Shown: piece after piece, positions 57,069-64,000 of the stretch
Position numbering within the stretch: the first letter of the stretch is position 1
How the letters are laid out: each line of letters starts with the position of its first letter
Assembly (NCBI GenBank): GCA_002269645.1
Contig: NIVC01001449.1
Coordinates: 1 to 64,000, forward strand
Direction: 5' to 3'
DNA: 64,000 nt
Source: Macrostomum lignano
Taxonomy: Eukaryota
Position numbers and translations under genes: made by a program
The notes under the pieces: generated by a model
Told to the model about the DNA's origin: nothing
Database searches by the model: none
What the model saw: only the letters and a program-made list of their open reading frames with translations

Positions 57069-60000
57069 CACACTGCTCTAGAAGGGCACCGAGGGTGAAA
57101 AAAATGTACAGAAGAAAATTTTTGCATTTTTGCACTCAGTGGACTGGCCCTTATACCTGGGTGTAATATAAAAAAATCTGCCAATTTGTTTCCAGAAAAT
57201 TGGCCTTTTCTGCTTTTTCTGCAACAGTCTGCTTTTAGTTGTCAAAAATCTGGAAATTACAAATGTTGTGCTCAATTTCTTGACTCTGGATACGTGATAA
57301 TATTTTCAAATGTAAATTCGTAAATTTAGGGAAATTGCGCAATATAAAAGTTGGCTTGAGGGTCACAAATGCTGAACATTATAATTTTGCATGCATTTGG
57401 CAATATATAGCTTGGAGCTGAGTCATAACCATAATTTGATCAATGTATACAATCAGTTTAAAGGAAAATTTGTTATTTGACTGATTGAGTACAATGACTG
57501 ATATAACAGAATACGCTTGTAGACAAATTAAAATCAATTGGACCCATAATCCACGTACAGATGTATATTTTCTACTTCTTTTTTCAACTCTTCCTACTGT
57601 TAGTGTATTTAATGCATCAGAATTTCAATTTGTTGAGAAGCCAAGTGAAGTGTACTCTAGGTGAGTCGCGTAAGTATTACACCTTTTCACGTTCAATTTT
57701 GAACAAAGTCCAGTTCTAAAAAAACTAGCGGAAATTCAATTCAGACAATTCAGACTGGGGCAACAAAACCCAGTTCAAAACATTCTGCTACGGAAGCGAG
57801 GTTTAGCCATAGACAAAATTGTCCCCAGTCCTTGATGTGAGTGCAAAATCTGTGTGATTGCACGCGAAAATTCTATTAGTCAAGGATTAGGAACAGCTAA
57901 GCATCGACTGCATCCTATCGGGCGCCCGCCGATTGATAGTTTGGACCCACTGCTGTCTGCCAATCTGGTCACCATTTGCGGACGCTGCCATTCTAAAATT
58001 AGCAGAGGAAAGAGCCACGCTTGCACTATTACACAAAGGCGTGCCAATCTGTCTGAGCAGCTCTTAATGGACAAGCATGGGGCTGAGATCCAGGCTTCAG
58101 ACATACTAAAGACAGTTGAAGCTTCTAGCGGACCCTTTGAAAGCAGGAATGTCTAGCTGGCAACTCGTGGAAGATCTTTAACAGTAAGTTTTGGGCAGCA
58201 GAAACATCAATCTTTGAATAGTAGGGAAGCGGATACCATTTCTGCAGAGCAGTTCAGCCAATTTCAGCAGGATCTAAGGCTAAGCCAGTGGCAAACTAAG
58301 CAGGCAGCGCAGAAGATACGCGAATGGCAAGGGCGCAATGCATTTGAGCCAAATCTTGAGCAAAAACTTTGAGAGATTGACATCATTCTTCAAGAGTTTT
58401 TCGAAGTTGCACAGCTTCCGCTGCAAATTAAGGGAGACCAACAAGAGCTGCGCACCATTGCGTACTGCCCAGATGTTGGTCTGCTGCTGTCTCGAATAAT
58501 GGAGAACCGCCAGATCAATCCCGCTGAGTCTGTAGTAAAGATCGGAATCGATGGAGGCGGAGGTTTTTTAAAAGTCTGCGCAAACATCAATGATGTTTCT
58601 CTTCCAGAAGCACAGGTAGAGAAACGTACAGCATCTTCTGAGCCACAAGCCAGCGGAGTTAAGAAGCTCATCTTGCTAGCCATAGTTGAAAATGTTTGTG
58701 AAAGCTATTACAACCTGAAGAAAGTTCTTGCACTTTTGCGACTTGAAGCTGTAACATTTATCTGTGCCGTAGACATGAAGTTGGCGAATTTGATCCTAGG
58801 GCTACAGGCCTGTAGCAGCACGCATCCTTGCCCATGGTGCGAGCAGCCCAAGTCAAAGTTTGTGCAGCAAAACTCGGGAGCAAACTTGCGCACACTTGGT
58901 CAGATTTGACAATTAGCAACAGAGTTCCAGCAGGCAAATGATCAAAAAAGCAGACGTCAAAGCATTTCTGCTGCATGCTTCAAAAACTGTGTTCACCAAC
59001 CTCTATTGGATGCAGATGACAGCGTTCCTGTTCTACAGCTGATCCCACCAATGGAGCTCCATCTAATGTTAGGAATCGTTAATAGGCTGTATGATGAGCT
59101 TGATTCACACTTGACGACAGACACTGGTGGCGTAGTGACTGCAGCAGCCTGGACAAGACAGCTGAACATCTGCCGTTCAAAGCAGCATGGTGGAACATTC
59201 AACGGTAATGAATGCAGCAAGCTACTTGAAGGAGTCGATATCCTTGAGCAGATCCTGACTGACTATTGTGCTTTCAGTTCAATGCCAGTTCTCCATTCTA
59301 TGTGCTGCTTCAGCAATGTAAAGCGACTGTGCTTTGGCAATGAGCTGCTGCCTGGATTTGAGCAAGCCAGTTCGGAATTTTCCAGCGCTTATATGAGCTT
59401 GGACATCAACATTAGTCCAAAGGTACATGTGCTACTAGCACATGTTCCAGAGTTTCTTCAGGCAGAAATTGAACACCAAAACCATCACATGGAGAATGGG
59501 AAGCAGCCTCGATATCGCGGCCTTGGCTTTTGGTCCGAGCAGGCGAGCGAGTCCGTCCATAGTGACTTTGGCCAGCTGTGGACAAGAGGCTTTCAGACAG
59601 CTTTAACACATCTAGAGTATCCACAATGGCTGCTGCGATGCACTATCATATACAACTTGAGACATATGTGATGAATTCTTGTGCCACCTTGGTAGCCACA
59701 TGCAATGAAAGCTTTTATATTCTTTCAATTCACCTATACTAACTTTACCTTCTAATTCTGTTAAATCAATCAATTCTGTTAAATCAATCTAATACTATTT
59801 CTTTAAAATGCTTTCTTTATTTTTTTGCATTCAGTTTAAGCAAAAGTATTAGCAAATTAATAATGATAATATACCTACTTTTTTGATTTATAGCTTTGTT
59901 TGAAATACATGTAAATGCAGAATTTTTGCAAAATGGCAGAGCCAACTTTTTGAAAGCAATAAGGCTAATATTTGCACATTTTCCTAATTTCTTGTGAATT

Positions 60001-60363
60001 ATAAGCATACATAATGAAAATATCATCAGGTATAGAATTTATTAAATTGTCTATGGCTGAAACATCCTGGCAGCTTATAGCAGTCATTAAAGAGGTCATT
60101 ACTGTGTAGTGACATTTTGATCAATGCCACATATCCAAAGAGTCAAGAAATTGAGCACAACATTTGTAATTTCCAAATTTTTGACAACTAAAAGCAGACT
60201 ATTGGCATTGCAGAAAAAGCAGAAAAGGCCAATTTTCTGGAAACAAATTGGCAGATTTTTTTATATTACACCCAGGTATAAGGGCCAGTCCACTGAGTGC
60301 AAAAATGCAAAAATTTTCTTCTGTACATTTTTTTCACCCTCGGTGCCCTTCTAGAGCAGTGTG
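57069..60363 (+). mobile_element. Chapaev-type (CMC; Transib/RAG1-related) DNA transposon, 3295 bp
   Basis: ~230-bp TIRs (57069-57296, 60128-60363) beginning CACACTG; 4-bp TSD TAGC (57065-57068, 60364-60367). Confidence 0.85.
57494..59671 (+). pseudogene. Chapaev-like DDE transposase, 726 codons in one frame with six premature stops
   Basis: CECKICVIAR; CGRC...GKSHAC; KIGIDGGGGFLK; DMKLANLILGLQACSSTHPCPWC; PPMELHLMLG; FNGNEC; PKVHVLLAHVPEF; GFWSEQASESVH. Stops at 57662, 57671, 57833, 58154, 58370 and 58907. Confidence 0.85.
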
Positions 60364-60636
60364 TAGCGTGCAGTGCATAAGCCTGGTGTAACTCTGGCAT
60401 AAATGATGAAATTTTATCAGTTTTCCTCCAGTGTGACTCCAAGCATAAAATGGACTATGGGCATGCAATGATGCAAGGTCAATGCACATCCAATTTTTGG
60501 GCATATTGATATAAGCTACTATATTTTCCAGAGTGTAGGAGAAGGGAGAGGTGACTATTTAACTACTGCCCCCCCCCTAACAGATAAACAGACAAATAGT
60601 GCAAAATTAATATAAATGTAATTTGCAATTATGAAT

Positions 60637-61156
60637 GGCAGTGCTTATCCCCACGGTACCGTAGGAATAATTTCTGTCTTATTCCAACGGTACCGTGTGA
60701 ATAATTTTCTGCTTATCCGCATGGCACACTGACGAGATAGCTGCCCTACACGTCCTCTGTTTTATTCCCTCTGCTTTACTAGCTGCCCTATCTGCTACAT
60801 ATATATGCTGTGCGTGAATAGTTTATAGCTTATTGAAAAGGAATTTGAACTGAGGATACTAAGAAGCTATTGATCTTGATGTATAAACTTGAATCAGTTC
60901 TAGACTAGTATATGCATGTGTAAATGCGTGTTATTCTGCTTTACTGATACCCTTCTGTATACTTATTCAACAATAATTCAACAAAGTTGTTATACTGCAC
61001 TCAAATCGTATGTACTAAACTTCCCACACGGCATATGTAGAAGATAGGGCAGCTATCTCGTCAGTGTGCCATGCGGATAAGCAGAAAATTATTCGCACGG
61101 TACCGTTGGAATAAGACAGAAATTATTCCTACGGTACCGTGGGGATAAGCACTGCC
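60637..61156. mobile_element. Mutator-like (MULE) MITE, 520 bp
   Basis: 112-bp TIRs (60637-60748, 61045-61156; 1 mismatch seen) starting with G; 9-bp TSD ATTATGAAT. Confidence 0.9.
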
Positions 61157-62043
61157 ATTATGAATTAGGCCTAGGCCTAATTAAAAAAAATAATAGTTTT
61201 TAGCAAAAAATTAGCTATTTATAACTAATAAAAAACTCTTATATTCCTAAATATATATACAATATAAGCAACTTTACTCTCAGCATAATTTTTTACATTG
61301 TTGCAAAATTAAAAAAAACTAGAATTTTCATTCTAGCATATATCTACCATGATCATGATTTGGACTATGGCTTATATATTAAAAATCATAGTTTGGATCA
61401 TGTATTAGTATACGCCGGGTCCAGTGGGGGAACAAGTATAGGACAAAGTATAGGTCAGTTGTGCTTTTGATGTAGGCCTAGTGTCAGTGAGTTAGCTAAA
61501 AAAATTAGAATCATGAATGTTTGTATTGGCATTTCTACTCATTCAATTCAATGAATACATACAAATAATAAATATAGTAGCCTTATTAATGACTAGGCCT
61601 ATGTTATCAATCAACTAGTAAGTTAACTACAGCCTAGCCCTACTCGTCGTAGGTAACAACACCAGATTTCTAATATAATTTATTATCCAATAACCTAAAA
61701 AGCCATTCTTCACTTGAATATAACTCAAGTGTAGCTACAAAATTAAGTGAAATTTCTGTCTTACATTCAGGCAACACTTTACTTTAAGTGACATTCAGAC
61801 TTTACCCAGACTGGCCACGCGTCGCGTGCACAATCACGTCGTGCGATCCCCAGTAGCTCACAGATCACGTGGAAAAAACTAATTAAATCCGCGGGTATTG
61901 TACTAATAACAAAGCAGTTTTTACTCTGTCATTTAAATACGACAGGTACCCTAACACTTTAGCAGCACTTATATATATTTTTTAGTTTTTGAATTTAGAG
62001 TGGAGCCTTGCAGCCTAAATAAGGCGTTATGCCGTCAGTGTAA

Positions 62044-62291
62044 GGGCCTTTTCAAATTACCAATTCCAGAACCAGAATCGGTTCGGAATTCCAAGAAAAA
62101 CAGCAGTATAACTATTAAACTCTGTGCCTTAACAACCTAACTTAGCACAATTTTTCACTTTCTTCTTGGCGATTGTCATTCAATAATAAAAACTTTATAG
62201 CACGTATCTCCCTCTAGTTATGGAGACAAAAAGTTATACTTCACAAATTGGTTCTGGTTCTGGAACCAGAACAAGCAATATGAAAAGGCCC
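62044..62291. mobile_element. Possible PIF/Harbinger-like MITE
   Basis: 11-bp TIR GGGCCTTTTCA plus shared subterminal TTCCAGAACCAGAA; TSD not clean (TAA vs AAT). Confidence 0.45.
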
Positions 62292-64000
62292 AATCATTTC
62301 CTTTGCGTCCATTATATTATTTAAAACTGATTCGATGCAGCTATCACCACATTTAGCTGAACTTGCTCTCGTGAATATTTTAATGATTGTTTTAAAAATT
62401 GATTTGCAGGATCTGAGGACGACCATGCAAAACGAATGATAGCTAATTTATACATATTGTTTAATGTATTGTAGTAGTAGGACGTACATGTAAAACTCAA
62501 AGATCGTGTATTTTAGGAGGCCAATTTCCAGGAAACATACACTGGGAGATAGATAAGAAAAATCCTTTTTGAACCACAAAATCCATGATTTAATTTGATC
62601 TTAGGGTGGTGATATCGATCCGGTAAAAATCAACATGGCCATCATTACTTAAATTTAACATATGTTACGTACTAAAGTGTAAAATTTACCGATATGGTTG
62701 TGAAGTGAAAGTTTTTATTTTTATAGTGTTTACTTTTTTATTTTATAAACCTAAGCCCAAAGTTGTACGTACATGCAGTAGATCATGTACATGTACGATC
62801 TCCAGTGAGATTTTGCTTCGTTCCTTCTTATCCAAGGGCCTACTAACTTACACGATTTCCATTGTTTAGTTGTACATACAACTTAGTTGCGCGTAGAGAA
62901 GTGCTGCTATTTTCTTGCATAAGCTGCATTTGCATTCGTAGCTAAATTATACACTTTTAATTCGAGCTGTTGCTTAATTTATGGGGTTTGCTACCGCGCA
63001 TCCGCTTTCCTGCCAATGCTGCTCCTGTATCGATCAATTCTACGTTTAACAAACTACTAATAGCCCGTATGAATAAAAAGAGTAATTTCTCAGTTTAATA
63101 CAGGCCCGAGTAAATGCTTGAGTTGGAGCAGTTGCTCGTTTTATTTATATGGCCTAATAAATATGAGCCCAAAACGGCCACCCTCAAAAAGACATATGAC
63201 GTAAGCTGTCATGCTTTTGTGTAGTTACATGATTACAGCAATACGCTGTACATTAAATCGCGTATACTCGTATATTTTCTTTTTGAAATAAAAAAATAAA
63301 GCTGCGTCATCCTGCGCAAATAGCCAACGTAAAATCAAGTTCTAGTACAGGATCGCTAGCTTCTGTCCCGACACACGCCGTGAGTCAAGTCGACAACAGG
63401 GCAGTAGCCGGAACAGCAGCCAACGTGGTGGGTGCACGCTTTACCATTGACAAGGCACGTCCGGCTGCTGCACGAGTTCACTGTCCAGACTGTGCATGGA
63501 GTTAAAAACAGTTGTTAATCGGATTTTACACTTGGTTTCGATACATGTATCCAGCTGGACCGCATACATGTAAGCAGCTAGATTATTAGTACAGCTGATC
63601 GCAAATGATCGCAGACCACACACTCTCTATAGCTTTCGGATCTTTGAATCTAAGGCGACAGTACAACCGCAGCAAAAGAAACAAGCACGTCCGCAGTTGT
63701 GCTCATTCATTTACCCAGCACACCTGACAGAACCCTGAATCTGTATCATCAGTATCTACTCTGTGTATATGAATTGCGGACAACAAGATACAAACCAAGT
63801 TTTCGCACAGTTGGTTTAATAATGGAGTACACATTTTTCACAGAACTCTACATTTTTCGGGTATATTATGAACATGCTTTTAGCAACAGGAACTTTTTAA
63901 CTAACAAATTAATGTTTTAGTTGAAGAAACTCGTTTTAAGGGGACAAAGACATGCAGGACAGGGCCCCTATGTCACATTTCACATGCTTTTCCAAGATTA

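Overview
Eukaryotic, repeat-dense 64 kb window. It is probably a flatworm such as Macrostomum; this is inferred from TTAGGG repeats, GC-rich exons, minisatellite-filled introns and a flatworm-type intronless GPCR. Layout: (1) 1-10.27 kb is a tandem array of ~2.4-2.7 kb units, each with a ~1 kb CT-rich tract and a short (TTAGGG)n block. (2) 10.7-17 kb holds two exons of an unidentified gene and an intronless rhodopsin-like GPCR. (3) 18.6-27.5 kb is a Ty3/gypsy element with a second gypsy element nested in its RT. (4) 29-35 kb has LINE debris, an orphan ORF with RFX X-box motifs and two hAT-type non-autonomous elements. (5) 35.3-37.8 kb (-) is a three-exon PBK/TOPK kinase gene. (6) Two more nearly intact gypsy elements lie at 38.5-43.5 kb and 45.5-50.1 kb. 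(7) A pol-less LTR element with identical 815-bp LTRs sits at 50.7-56.0 kb, inside a TIR element. (8) A Chapaev-type (RAG1/Transib-related) transposon spans 57.1-60.4 kb, followed by MITEs. The most unusual observation is in the pol-less LTR element. Its U5 end carries a polarised array of six degenerate copies of its own LTR-end + tRNA-Leu primer-binding-site junction, separated by four different spacers. The element also carries an intact 279-aa accessory ORF with its own TATA box. No CRISPR, rRNA or tRNA genes were found. All coordinates and alignments were read by eye.
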